From the NCBI GenBank assembly GCA_963514005.1, contig OY740792.1, forward strand, positions 21,080,001-21,144,000: 64,000 bases of DNA, written 5' to 3'. Shown here piece by piece: positions 22,516-36,025 of the stretch. Origin of the DNA: Raja brachyura (Eukaryota). A model generated the notes under the pieces. It saw nothing but the letters and a program-made list of their open reading frames with translations, made no database searches and was not told the DNA's origin. Made by a program: the position numbers and the translations under genes. The first letter of the stretch is position 1; each line of letters begins with the position of its first letter.

Positions 22516-23480
22516 CTAAGAGGAAAAGAAGGAAATCAAGTACAAAATTCTTAATCAATGATGAAAGAGTTCTACTAGTAAATATATTTGAATTAGAATA
22601 TATTTTGCGATTCTACGGCTGGACAGAAAAACGTGCAATCTTAAAACTTATTGCGAAATGGTATATCAACTGACTCAGCTATTAAATTTAAATATTCTTT
22701 GTACGTTAAAAGTATTTGATTGATGATTCTTCAACCAAAATTAATGTGAATGTTCTATTAGCTGCAAACAAAGAGATTGCAGATGTTGGAATCTTGAGAA
22801 AAAAAATGAATTGTTCAGTTAATACTTTCAGTCTTAATTCAGGGTTCTTGACCTACAATGTCAAATATCTTTTTGCCTCTACAGATACTGCTTGACCCGC
22901 TGAGTTACTCCAGTAGTTTTAGTATTTTGTACCAAATTTTTTTAGATGCCCTATTTATAAGCAAACTAACACATCACGGGCAATATAAAGAAAACCACGA
23001 TGTATAAGTTACCCCATTTCTTTTTACATATTCTAGAAATAAAACTATAACAAAATTAGTTAGAAAAAATCAAATGCCTGATAAGTAAATAAAATTAGAA
23101 AAACTCAGTGTCACAGTAGTTTCAAACTTGCATAAAAATAGAAAAGCTATCGTAGCAGATGATTAACTTCAGTTACGTGTGCCAAATGTCTGATATGCTA
23201 ATGGGTGAGTTGGAAGGTACTCTACGATATGATAGAACTTTATTTATCCCAGGAGGGAAATTAATTTGTCAACAGTCATATAAAATGCAAAATACATGAA
23301 ACATGAAAATAAAGTGATGAGCGGTAAAGCTTTGGGGATGCCATCAGATTTCATCAAACAGTAATAAGCTCACCTTGTCCATCATCCCAGGTTATTTGGG
23401 AAGCAAAAATAGGTTGAGTTTCCTGCGAAGTTGTCTGACTCCACTTCCTTATAATTGTCCCACCAATCACACCACATGAT

Positions 23481-23764
23481 TTGAGAATTAAGGGACGGAA
23501 GTTTAAGGGTAACATGAGGGGGAACATCTTTACTCAGAGAGTGGTAGCTGCGTGGAATGAGTTTCCAGTGGATGTGGTTGGGGCAGGTTTGATTTTATTA
23601 TTTAAAAATAAATTGGATAGGTATATGGACGGGAAAGGAATGGAGGGTTATGGTCTGAGTGCAGGTAGATGGGACTAGGTGAGAGTAAGTGTTCGGCACG
23701 GACTAGAAGGGCCGAGATGGCCTGTTTCCGTGCTGTAATTGTTATATGGTTATATGGTTATATG
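23481..23764 (+). mobile_element. CR1 3'-end fragment
   Basis: IFTQRVVAAWNEFP..FKNKLDRYMD; (ttatatgg)n tail. Confidence 0.8.
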
Positions 23765-24067
23765 CTGTCATTCCAGTCAAATACTACACTTTTTTCCATC
23801 AGTTAATCACTTTCGTTTTTCATGCTTTAACACTAATATTCTGTGAATTCCAAAGTGTTTCCAAGGAATCAGGAAAAATGATGCAGGAGACTAAACAAAA
23901 ACTCTTCAAATTATTATGGGTGTGGAATGAATATTAACATAATTTGCTCCATTGAAAACATGAATAAAGATTACTGAATAACGCGATCCAACTGTTTCGT
24001 ATAAATATTCTTCTGTATAACATTAAGCTAAAATATGTAACCCAGAGTTAAGTATTGCTTGGAATAC

Positions 24068-24142
24068 CTGTGGATTCGTTCTCTTCAGGGTTATCAACAT
24101 CATACACAGTAACCGGAGTGTCAGAATCTAGTTGTGCATAAT
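24068..24142 (-). CDS. 75-nt phase-1 exon (DYAQLDSDTPVTVYDVDNPEENEST)
   Basis: Acceptor tttttgttatctag|AT, donor ACAG|gtattc, open frame. Confidence 0.7.
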
Positions 24143-24219
24143 CTAGATAACAAAAATATTAAATGCAATTTTCCAATTATGCAACATAGCAGCACTGATA
24201 CTGATAAAAGTGCATTATT

Positions 24220-24570
24220 GTTTAGTTCAGAGATACATCATGGAAACAGGCCCTTCAGTCCACCACATGTATTTCCATATCCGACCATCAAGCAGCCATT
24301 TTTATACTAATCCTACTCAAACCCATTTCCTTTTCGCAATAGTCCCATCAATTCTCCTCGTTTGCACACAAGGGGTAATTTACAATGGCCAATTAACCTA
24401 CCAATCCATGCGCTTTCGGTTTGTGGGAGGAAACAAAACCATCTGGTGGAAACCCATACTGTCAAATAAAGAGTGTCCAAACGCCACAGAAAGCACCAGA
24501 GATCAGAATTGCACCAGGAATGCTGGATATATGAGGCGACAGCTCTGCTAGCTGCTCCATGGTGTCACTA
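24220..24570 (-). mobile_element. Degraded SINE (V-SINE/HE1-like)
   Basis: caatggccaattaaccta..., gtgggaggaaac..., aaacgccacagaaagcacc match the reverse complement of the SINE at 47150. Confidence 0.55.
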
Positions 24571-27500
24571 ATATCTAGAATGAAGATAAGTTAAAGGAAC
24601 CAATCAACCCTAAAGATATAAGGAAAATCTTGTAACATTGTAGTTTCAGCATCAAGGTCCCAAAGTTGGTGACACATTACTGTGTTAAAATTAAGTGGGA
24701 GGCCCTTCACATTTTGGACTTCTAACCCTATCTGAATATTACATGCATTGCAGTTTGTTGGTCAAAACAAACTGTTTTGTCAACAACATTTCCATTGTGG
24801 GAGAAGAGTCAATGTTTCGGCTTAATAGCCTTCAGAGACACACAGCTCAGATGCAAGCCCTTCAGCCCTACTTATCCATGCCGACCAAGATACTCATCAA
24901 AGCTAGGCCCGTTTGCCTGTGTTTGACCCATATCACCAAACTGCTCTGATTAAAGGTCAATGGCTTGAAAGGTTAACTGTCTCTCTCTTTCTCTCTCTCT
25001 CTCAACAGATGCCAACTGATCTGTTGCATTTTCCCAACATTTTCTGCTTTATTTCAGATTTCCAGCACCAGCAATTTTTTTTTGTTTCTCAGTTAAGCTT
25101 GTCCTAATGCATCCAAAATTCAAATCAGTGCCCGTGCATCATTTTTTCACAGAGACAATTACATCAGTAGCTTACATCTGCTGTTATATTTTTGTGTACT
25201 AATGACAGGTTTAAACACATCACTTGCAATCATCTTCAGTTAATAAAGAACTGCCAGTTCTTGCCCTGTACTCTAAAGGGAAGAAAACAGACATTGCTGT
25301 CCATAATACGCTGCATTTCTGTGTAGTGTCTGAACTTCATGTTACTGGTTCATAGTAATTTTGTGGTTGGTCATTCAACAGATTCAAAACAGATGCAAGA
25401 TCTTCCATGAAGTATCAACAAAGAATTCATTCAGAGATTTCATGAGCTAAATAAATCACTAGGCATGTTTTAGGGCTGGTCTGGAAATAAAATAATTTAC
25501 TTTATTTCGTACACTGCCACCTCCTTCCAGTCCTAGAGAAACATAGATTGCTGTTGAAAGTACTCTCCTATGCTGTTGAGTAGAGAAGGCAAGGATTTAG
25601 CTCCAGGGAACTGAAGGAACAAAGGTTTATTTTCATATCAGGATCAAGTACGATTTATGGGAAATTTCAGAAGGTGGTGTATCCATGCATTTAATATTTG
25701 TGTCCTTCTTGATTATAGAGATCATGAGTTTGAAACTGATATCAGAGTAGGCCAGGTGAGAACAAAAGTGGCGAACACTTCAGCCACAGGTGCACCAGTT
25801 CAAGAGGGAATGCATGTTTAGTGTGGGAGATGGGCTACTGATCGATATGCTGCTTTGCCCTTGATGGTGTGAAGCTTCTTGAGAGCAGGTGGAGAGTATT
25901 CCACTGTTCTCCTGACTTGTGCCTTATTGAAGGTAGAATGGCTTCAGGCTGTCACTTGCCCTAGGATACTCAGTTTCTATCTTGCTCTTTTATCTGCATA
26001 ATCAGGGGCTCAATGATGGTAATACATTTGAATGTTGGACAATCCCTTGCTGCCGATGGTCAATGATTTAGGTGTGATGTTCATTTGCCACTTCCAGCCT
26101 CTGCCTAAATATCGTCCAGGTCTTTCTGCAAGCCAGCATGTATCATTCCGTTTGCTGAAGAGTTGAGAATGGAATTAAACATTATGCAATTATCAGTGAA
26201 CAATGCTACTCATGATCTTATAATCAAAGGTTGGTTGTTGATGAAGGAATTGAAGATAGTTTGGCCAGGACACTGCCCTGAGGAATCACAATGAGCTGGA
26301 GATGCGATAATTGATCGCTACCAACCACAACCACCTTCTTTTGTGCAGGATACGACTCCAAACCCTTAAATATTTTTCCTTTTGTGCCCCCTGACCATGT
26401 TCACCAGAGTTCCTTGTGCCATTTTCAATCAGTCAATTGTATCTCTGATGTGGTGTGGTCAAACATGTGCAATTTCTGAAAGTTAACTCTTATTTGCACT
26501 GTCAAAAGTGAGTTCTGGAGATGAGCAGCCTCGGCAAAATCCAAACTGGGCAAGGTTGAGTAGGTTAGTGGTGAGTAAGTACCTCCAGATAGTACTGTCA
26601 ATGATATATTCCAACTTTGAAGGTAGACTGATTGGATGATATTCAGTAAGGTTGGATTTCATGAACTTTTCATAAACCAGACATAACAGAGTAATTTACG
26701 GGTAAACACCAATACTATAAATGTACTGGGACAACTTGGATGGAGCACAGCTGGTACTCGAGTGAAAATATTTATTACTACAGCCAGGATGTTTGGTCCC
26801 ATAGCTTTTGCTATATCCAGTGCTCTCAATTGGGCATTGATATTACATGGAATGAACCAAATTGGCTGAAGACCGGCTTGTGCATTGATTGGGCTCTTAG
26901 GAGGAGGCCAACGTAAAGCTTTTGGATGACCTTAACTTTGCGACTCACTTAACATTCTATCAGCTATTTAACGTCATTCATAATCATATGTTGCGAAGCT
27001 GCAGGTTTGTTTAGTCTTTTTGGTCATGGGATCACTTGGCTCGATATAATGTATGTTGTGGGGTTTTTTTCTATTTGGAATGGATGAAGCACTGTTTTTC
27101 AGATTCACAAATTTGTCACGTGATTATTGCGACCATGCCCTTCGATGCCCTTCCAACTGAAGCAGGGTTGATCCCCTGTCTTGCTAAAATACCAGAGAGA
27201 AAGATATGCCAGCTAATGAGTTACAGATTGTGTTGGGATACAAATCTCACTGATTGTGGTCCACAGGGTCTCATTGATGCCTGGTATTGAACTGCCACAT
27301 CCATTCTGACTCATTGATGTTCTCTGGCTTAAAATTTAGCTCTCTTTTATGGTCTCCAATTGGCCACATCTCTTTTTACCACCATTTAATTGTTTAGAAA
27401 GATACTGCCAAGACATTTTGATTGCCAGAATTCCTCATGCTAATTTATCAGTCTTAATTTTTTCCATATTCCCTCTGATTACAAGAACATAACACATAGA

Positions 27501-28594
27501 GGCAGAGGTTATTAACTCTGCATATTTAGTAATTTTGTAAGATGACAGCTGACCTTTTCCATCATCACCAGTTTCTCATATTGTCTCCATGTCTCTTAAA
27601 TCCCTTAATGTCTAAATATCTTTTAATCTCTGCCGTGAATATACTCAACAACTAAACTTGCACAACTTTGTTAGAAATTTCTGAAGATTGACTACCACCT
27701 GGGTAAAGCGATTTCTTGTTATCTCAGTGGTTTGATGATGTGATATCTGGGAACCTAGCTTGGGAAAACATCATTTCTGAATCTACATTGTCAAGTAGGC
27801 AAGAATTTATATATATTCTCATTCTTCTGAATTAAAGAGGACTCATGCCTACTCTGTTTAATGTTGCCTCAAATAACAAACATCATCTCAGGAATTAATC
27901 TTGTAAATCTGCACAGCACTCCCACTGACACAACTTTTTCTAGGGAGGGAAACCAGACTTGTAGACAACATTTCAGATGCAGTCTCATTAGCTATCTATA
28001 TCGATATTGTTACTACAGTACAGGTAGTTTTGCTATGATTTGATAGCTGCATATCTAAAAAACCTCACGTTATAGAAAATCATGTTAAGAAAACAAATGT
28101 CTTACTAGGGAATAGAGGATTTAGGCCCAGAAAATTTCAGACCAGTAATAACAAAGTTATTTTCCTGCAGGATTTTCAAAAATACCTTTATATTTTTGAA
28201 TAACTACATTTGATAACCAATTCAGCCCACATAATACAAATGGTGTTCCCCAATTCATCAAACACATTGTATCTATTTAGCACAATGGAAACACATGCAT
28301 TTTAGGCAGAACTACATGTTCTCAAATATTTGACCCCAATTTGCCAAATCTGTTTTTAAATTTTTTTTTAATTTGGATGTCCTCCGAATAAGTAAGCTGG
28401 CAAGCTCCTTGTCCTTTCCTGTGCCAATCTAAACTTTGAGTATCATGTTTACTACATATTATAAATTTGGAAAGATAGCCAGCAAAGGAGGAAATAAGTT
28501 GCATGGTTTGTTTTTTTCCCAATGTTAAGAGATGCCAACAATTTATCTTTAAACAAAAGTTAGGTATTTTTTGCTGTGTATTTATTAAAATTAC

Positions 28595-28678
28595 CTGCAA
28601 ATGGCTGTTGAACTTTCTTGTCTGCATCAGTAATTGGATTTGAAGTGATGAGGGCTTTACTCGTGGTGAATGATGATT
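28595..28678 (-). CDS. 84-nt phase-1 exon (ESSFTTSKALITSNPITDADKKVQQPFA)
   Basis: Acceptor T-run...catgctag|AA, donor GCAG|gtaatt, open frame. Confidence 0.68.
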
Positions 28679-29506
28679 CTAGCATGTGCATTGAAAAAAA
28701 AAATTCTTGGATTCAGAAAGTTAATTAACATTTTTCCAAAGGGAACCCACACCTTGTCGTATGGCCAACAGTATTTATCAATCAAAAAAGGTCTGAAGGA
28801 AAAAGATAAGCATTTATTTTTTGTAGTTGACAGCAAAAATGAAAAGGAACTTGAACCATCTTAGACCTGGGAATTTATTTTGTCTAAGTTAGAAGTGAAA
28901 ATTCCTCTGACTCACAAACATTTCTTCCAACACGTCTTAATCTAACTGCCACTGTTATGAAGGAAACCTTAAATGTATTGCCATATGATCGAATAATTAC
29001 TCCACTTACCCAACAAAACATCTTCATTGACAAGACAGGTGCCCTTCACTCTGGATATATTTTCTCTTGAAATTCACCAGGTTCTATAGCAGACCATCTC
29101 TTACAGATAGTTCAGTTTTAATTTCAGAAATACTTTGCACATTTGAGTAGATTTGCTCACGCTTCCATTCAAGGATCATTTCACTTTCCATTGATAGATG
29201 TTCTGGTACTCCCAGATGAACATTAGATTTTCTTATCAACAGTGACATTTTCTCCCAATATATTAGAGTGGCACATGGTTGTTCCAACATACTTTCCAGA
29301 CATGCCGCGGGGTGACGCCTGCATGGTCGTGAGTAGTCGCCCAAATAGTCGTACCTTTTTCTGGTGAAGGGTGCTGGCAGTTGCCGAAAAAATTGCGTAA
29401 GTAGGCCAGGCCCTTTACCCAACCTAATTTCCTGGTGGTGTTGAGCGGTCTTCCTGAAGGTACCTCCTAGTGAAGGTACTTCCACTATGCTGTGAGTGTT
29501 CTAGAG

Positions 29507-29717
29507 CAAATGTTCCCAACTTGGGGTAAATTTACCCCCAGGGGGTAAATTTCGCCTACCCAGGGGGTAAATTTGTTGATTCTGGATTTGTACATATTTT
29601 TTCTCATTGACTGACTGGTATACCGCTATCTGTTTATCATTAGTTGTTCATAAATAAGTGAAATAACATTGTTATGTGCTATTAAAGTTGCCAAGGGTGA
29701 ACGGGATGAAAAACCTG
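29507..29717. mobile_element. hAT/Charlie-like non-autonomous element
   Basis: Starts caaatgttcccaacttgggg, has repeated gggggtaaattt subterminal motifs and ends cctg. 8-bp flanks ttctagag / ttctagaa have a central TA. Confidence 0.5.
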
Positions 29718-29885
29718 TTCTAGAACTTAAGAATACAAGAAAAAGAAGCAGGTTGGCCATTTGATACCTCATGACAGGGATATGGATCATGAGCAGGCAG
29801 ATAAGATTAGTTTATCTTGACATGTTGTTTGGCACAATATGCAAAATTCTCACATGACTTGACAAGATAGATGGGGAGATGATCA

Positions 29886-30410
29886 CATAGAAACATAGAA
29901 ACATAGAAAATAGGTGCAGGAGTAGGCCATTCGGCCCTTCGAGCCTGCACCGCCATTCAATGTGATCATGGCTGATCATCCAACTCAGTATCCCGTACCT
30001 GCCTTCTCTCCATACCCCCTGATCCCTTTAGCCACAAGTGCCACATCTAACGCCCTCTTAAATATAGCCAATTAACTGGCCTCAACTACCTTCTGTGGCA
30101 GAGAATTCCAGAGACTCACCACTCTCTGTGTAAAGAATGTTTTCCTCATTTCGGTCCTAAAGGAATTCCCCCTTATCCTTAGACTGTGACCCCTTGTTCT
30201 GGACTCCCCCAACATCGGGAACAATCTTCCAGCATCTAGCTTGTCCAACCCCTTAAGAATTTTGTAGGTTTCTATAAGATCCCCCCTCAATCTTCTAAAT
30301 TCCATCGAGTACAAACCGAGTCTATCCAATCTTTCCTCATATGAAAGTCCTGACATCCCAGGAATCAGTCTGGCGAATCTTCTCTGTACCCCCTCTATGG
30401 CAAGCACATC
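29886..30410 (-). mobile_element. CR1 3' fragment
   Basis: (catagaaa)n tail; IEGVQRRFARLIPGM..RRLRGDLIETYKI..TRGHSLRI on minus. Confidence 0.9.
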
Positions 30411-31897
30411 TGGGTTGCTAAATCTATATTCTGCTAATGTAGAATAGCCAGGGCAGAGGCAGAACATGTAGCTTTCCAGTCTGGGAATTTGCACTTTTCC
30501 CAAGCATTCTCTGTAATACCCTTTCTCATCTGAGCCTTTTTCATATTAATTGTCTGAAATCTTTGTGCTTCATGCTGCTGAGCCTTGCCTGATCTATTTT
30601 GACAAATCATGTTTTTAATATCGCTTAATTCACCCAGGGATCACAAAGCTGCCTACCCTCCTCCATATTGAAAAACCAATGGTTTAAAACTAGCGGTCAC
30701 GGTCACAAAGGAAGGGTTTCAGGACAAATTGAGAATAAATGTCTTCGCTCAGAGATAGTGAATTGTTGGAATTTGAGCCAGGCGGGCTGAGGAGGTTCTC
30801 ATACTTGTACACACAAAGCAGGAGTTGATAGAGGCTTATATATAAAGCACATAAAAGTGGTGCTAAAATGAAGCTGTGATCTTTTGAATGGCTGAGTGCT
30901 TGTGAAGGTCCAATTACCCTACCATGTTTTTAGTTCCTTTGTTCTTATATTTTACCAAATACTGATTTTCAGCACAATTATGTAGTCAACAGTACAAGAA
31001 AGCAGCGGCTCAATATCTTGTCAACAAAGCAAATTTTGGAGAAAGCCAGCATTGTATGAGTAGCAAAGAAACAAGTCAATCAATGAACTAAAGTGGTAAG
31101 TAAGAAATAATAATCACAACTAATGATAAGGCCATTTGTGTATTTTGTTCTTTCATGCTTTTGTCCACTATTATTTCCATTTCTAAAGGGTTTTTTTTTC
31201 TGATAATCCAAATCATGTTCAGCTATTTCCAATACACTCAATCATTACTGCACTCAGAAGTCAAAATGGTTCTGAATGGCGACTAAATATAATGTTTAAA
31301 AATGTATATTGATACAGATCACTTCACCAAACAGTGCCTGCAGGTAACAGGCAAACATATGAGAACATAGGATACGAAAAGATCAGCTCATCGATTCTGC
31401 ACTTTATCTGCAAATCATGACTCCATCGCAAAAGTCATCTCCCACAAGAGGGAGATAATGGGGATGAATACTTAAATTTTGGGATACAAGTCTCAGAAAT
31501 TCTTTCCAACCAAAATAATCCAAATGATCCAAGGTATATTGAACAATGTTATACCAACAAAGGTGTAGAATTGATCCTCAGAATAATGCGCTATTTAAGA
31601 GCAACAAAGTACACATGTTTAGGTACCTGTGAGCTATAGTTTCATGAGCGTATTGATTTACTCCACTCCAAAATATATTCTGCTTATTAGGAATCTATTT
31701 TATGCAAATACTGTAACTAACTGCTGGTCAATCACATTTTCTAAGTTTAAGGAAGCAAATTTCTTACTGGTCATTCGGACCTTCTGATTTTTCATTTCAG
31801 GTGAGAAAATGAAACTGACAATAACAATGTGAATAAAACGACGGAATTTACACATTGAAACAAATCAAGGTTAATTCATGTTTCTCGTTAAGAATAC

Positions 31898-31984
31898 CTG
31901 TGGATTGTTTTGGTTCCACTGCATCATCTTTAGATGATTCTAAAGAGTTGACAGGCGAACTGCTCAAGAATGGTTTCCCAAATT
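31898..31984 (-). CDS. 87-nt phase-1 exon (EFGKPFLSSSPVNSLESSKDDAVEPKQST)
   Basis: Acceptor gttccag|AA, donor ACAG|gtattc, open frame. Confidence 0.7.
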
Positions 31985-32463
31985 CTGGAACTTATTCAGA
32001 GAATACAAATAAAGCATTTATTTTACCAACTGGACTGTTTTGCATGGTATCAAATAAGATGTGAAAATGTATAGCATACCTTATTCAAAACCACATAAAT
32101 ATATGCAGAGCAGTGGCCAAGCATGATGGAATACATTGATCAAGCTAAGCAGTACTCTGGAGTAATCTGATACATTTAAATTACACCTCCATGCAAATTG
32201 TTCACTTAATAATGTGATTCATGCAAATGGTCATTGATACATTGATACCTGACTGAAGCTAGATTCTAAAGCTAAAATATATAGGTTTGCTTACCAAACT
32301 AATCCTAATGTATTGCACTGCGTGATTGCATATTGGCTTATTGATGCATTTTGCCACTTTCCATCTTTCAAGAGCAAGAAAGCACATAGATAATGTGTCT
32401 GCATTCCAGTGGTGAACAGGACAATGAAGTGTGCATCCATGCCATAGCTTATCTACATACTAC

Positions 32464-32553
32464 CTGAAATCTGCTCCCGTTGTGGAGGATCAAATTCATA
32501 AATTGTATTTGAGGTGGTGAAAAATGAATTGGCGGTGGGTTCAACCACACGTT
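32464..32553 (-). CDS. 90-nt phase-1 exon (ERVVEPTANSFFTTSNTIYEFDPPQREQIS)
   Basis: Acceptor attgcag|AA, donor TCAG|gtagta, open frame. Confidence 0.7.
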
Positions 32554-34677
32554 CTGCAATTTGGTCAAAACAAAGAGCAAACTCTGTAATATGAACATAA
32601 GAAAATAGGTGCAGAAGTATACTCATGCCTGCAAACCACAGACACCAAGAATGTAGCTGAACTATTCCATTAATTCAACTTTCCTATGTCATTTAGACAT
32701 TTTGTTTATCCATAGTGTGCAAAACCCTATTCTGTTCAATCTTTAATACATTTGTAATTATGCATCAGACCACAGAATTATTAATGCTGAAGAGGAAACA
32801 GATGTAGGGTTTTAAAAATAGATCTGACTGTGTGAAAGTGGTTATACTTTAATGAATGCAGATTCTTAACAGAATTCTTTGATGTGCCTTTCAAAAACAC
32901 CATAATAAAATGACTAAGTGATGGACTTTCTCTAAATGTCTATAAAATGATATCAGGGTAAGATGATTCAGGAAAGAATGTAAATTAATTTTAGAAATAC
33001 TATTTATTTACAATATTTTCTCGTTTGAAGTATTTGTTCCAATGCAGTGCATTTCAGGCAAACCCGAGTGTTTTACAGTGATGTACTTTAAAATTTGTGA
33101 AAATATCACATTTGATATAAATAGTGGACATGAACAGCTTTCTCTACAATATTCATTTCAAAGTAAAATTAATTATCAAAACTATTTGTAAGACAGGTCA
33201 TAATTTCATAACTTGAGGAAATGAGAATTTAAAGAAAATTAATGTCACACAAAGAATGGTCAATTTTAGTTCCCAATCACAAGCAAGATTTCTCTGATTA
33301 AAGGCCACTGATGTTTGAAGATTTTGTTTCATACACTCTTGCGAAGTGCCTGAGATATTTACCATACCAACTGGCCGAACAAATGCAATATTGGAGCTAT
33401 TCATTGTCACTGTTCACTCAGTCAAAATGAATCAAATAAATATCTAAAATTATAAAATAAAATAATGTATGCTTTGTTAAAGCTTATTTATATTGCTGGA
33501 GACCAATGTTTTACAACTCCCGATCTTCCAACTGTTAAGTCAATGATATGACAGGAATAAAATACTTAAGCAAATTACTTTTTTAATTTCGTAATAAATT
33601 AATGACATTCAATGTCCACTGCAAGACTCCATCAAGTTTCCCTCTACAGACATTTTCTCCTTAGAATGGCATGATGCAAAAACTTCCACAACATTTGGTT
33701 TGGATCTTTAGCTAAGGTTGTCCCTCAATAGATGTTTCTGTTATTTCCAGCAATTAATACGATTCTTTTACTCAATCCTTGCAGCATTATCTCGTAAATA
33801 TTGAATAGCTTTCAACAGGATGACAATGACGTTGCTGACTAATTTTCCATTCCATCTTTCCACCATTTAGTCTCGTCTTTGGCATTTATGTGTTGGGCCT
33901 GGCCAATCCTGAGTATATAAATATTTTTGGAGCCTCCTCATGCTCTTAGCTGTTGAATTGACCACCCCCAATCATGACTGGATATGTCTGGACAGCAGAG
34001 TTGTAATCTGATGTACTGGTTGGTTCAGACTGTTGCATGTTATGTTTAGCATACATGTTGGCTTCTGCTGCAGGTGCTTCAGTTTATCATCTTACTTTTT
34101 GGGCAACAGATGCTGCTCTCCACCTGCCATTTACACCCCTTATATAATGAGGGTTGATCCTCAGCTTGATTGCAACAGTAGAATGAAAGTTAAACTAACC
34201 GTAACTGGCAGGTAAATGTGGTAATGTACATATCTGCTGCCGTTAACAGTCTACGTCACCTCATGGTATTGAATTGCCAGACCGATTCCGAGTCAGTATT
34301 ATTTAGCAACATTGGAAAACAACATAACATGATGGTAATGCACTCAGTATCAAGACAAGACTTTGGCTCCACAAGAACTGCACATTGGTCACTTGTACCA
34401 GTGCTGTCATCAACTGATGCATTTACAATAGGTACACTGGTAAGGATGTGATTGTACAGACTTATCCCTTGTATTGGTTCAATTGCTGCCTACTGGCTAT
34501 CCAGTCCAGAGCTCTGAACTTCGGGATTCTGCCATCTCAGACTATGCTGGTAATACCGTGCTGCTACTGATGATGGTCATTGGAGTCTCCCACATGTAAC
34601 TATAGTACTTATATTGACACTGAGCAAAAATTATTGTTATTGAAAATAGATATATCTATTTCATATGCACTAACTAC

Positions 34678-34767
34678 CTGTGAATTGTTTATTATTCATA
34701 TTATCAGGTGCTGAGGTTGTGGGTGAATAGATGTAAAATGCATCACTGGAGGATGGTTCCTCATACT
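34678..34767 (-). pseudogene. Repeat exon with a defective acceptor or homopolymer frameshift (YEEPSSSDAFYIYSPTTSAPDNMNNKQFT)
   Basis: Family donor TTCACAG|gtagtt and family-like peptide, but the in-phase acceptor position reads cccAA. Confidence 0.5.
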
Positions 34768-35421
34768 TTGGGTTTTTTTTTTACCAAATGGAAGGAAACA
34801 CCTTTTAACAGATTTGATTTTTTTTCTTCATCATCCTCAAAGTCGACTGAAATGCTTCAAATGGCCAAAGGAGCACAATTTATGCATATTGTAGACAGAC
34901 TAAATGTTAGATTAGAAACCATATAGCAACTATACCAATATAGTACAATGCATGAAATCCATGCTGCATATAAAATAATTTACACTTATTAAAGCCAAAG
35001 GCACAAAAAAAATACACAAAATAATCTGAAGTGGAAGTAACCAGCCGGACAAGACACAACGTAGACAAAAACATGGACCTTCCAAGCAATGATTCACTTT
35101 GATTTTAAATAATGTGTCGTGCCCAAGCAAGGTAGATTTTAAATATCATTGAATTACGTTGCTTATAAGTGCTCATTTGCATGCTGTTTGCTGACTTGCG
35201 CACTTTGCAAAAGCAAACTGATTCTTGACTACATTGAGAAAAAGCCATCAACCAGACAACATACTTTTTGCTGGAACATGCTCACATGACATGGATGACC
35301 ACTGGTGACTAATACAATATTGTACTCATCACCTATGTATTCAAATATGATGTGCACAATGGATATGCTCAATTCAGTACAGACAACAAAACAGCGCAAC
35401 ATGCTCCATTCAGTAATCTAC

Positions 35422-35505
35422 CTGTGAACCACTCTGTGTGCACGGCCTCAGGGTTGGAAACCGTATCTGAACTGGACGAAAATGAACTAGTACTGGATGG
35501 AAGCT
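35422..35505 (-). CDS. 84-nt phase-1 exon (ELPSSTSSFSSSSDTVSNPEAVHTEWFT)
   Basis: Acceptor attacag|AG, donor ACAG|gtagat. Confidence 0.75.
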
Positions 35506-35944
35506 CTGTAATATCATTCATAGAAACAAAGAAAAATGCCTGTAATTTCAAATATTATAAGATGCCACAGTAGTTTCAATGGAAGAATATCTGAGCACAT
35601 AAATATCTAAAAGACCCTCAAACTTATCCAGTTTGTCCTATGTAAAATATATTCCAGATAACGTTTAATGCCCATATTGTTTGATCAAAGACAATAATTG
35701 ACTTGCAGGCATAAGTTGTTATTCATCATGAAAAACAGGTCTAGCAAATATAATATTAACGTTGATGCAAGATGAATAATTCTTTACGGATGCTAGATCA
35801 TAAAATATGCTTTGCAACACTATCTTCACTAACTTTGCATATTACAACTTATTAAAGCATTCCAAGGTAAAGTGCTCTGCTTCTTAAAGAAATGCAGCCT
35901 ATTCTTTCAAAAAGGCAGTTATATAACAGCCATTGACAAACTAC

Positions 35945-36025
35945 CTGTGAATATCTCCGTGTCCATAGTAACTGATTCAGGAACTGGATTGAGAGAGGAG
36001 GTGCTGGAGTATCGTATTTTAGGCT
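35945..36025 (-). CDS. 81-nt phase-1 exon (EPKIRYSSTSSLNPVPESVTMDTEIFT)
   Basis: Acceptor tttctctgaaatgcattacag|AG, donor ACAG|gtagtt. Confidence 0.75.

Noticed and set aside
25176-25272. Candidate exon with good acceptor (cttccctttag) and donor (GAT|gtaagc)
   Set aside because: 97 nt with stops in all three frames; at best a frameshifted relic.
29084-29485. 133-aa minus ORF
   Set aside because: Non-ATG start, partly overlaps MITE-like sequence (~29300-29480), and has no recognisable motif.
31627-31694. Family-like donor CACAG|gtacct
   Set aside because: No acceptor giving an open, in-phase exon.
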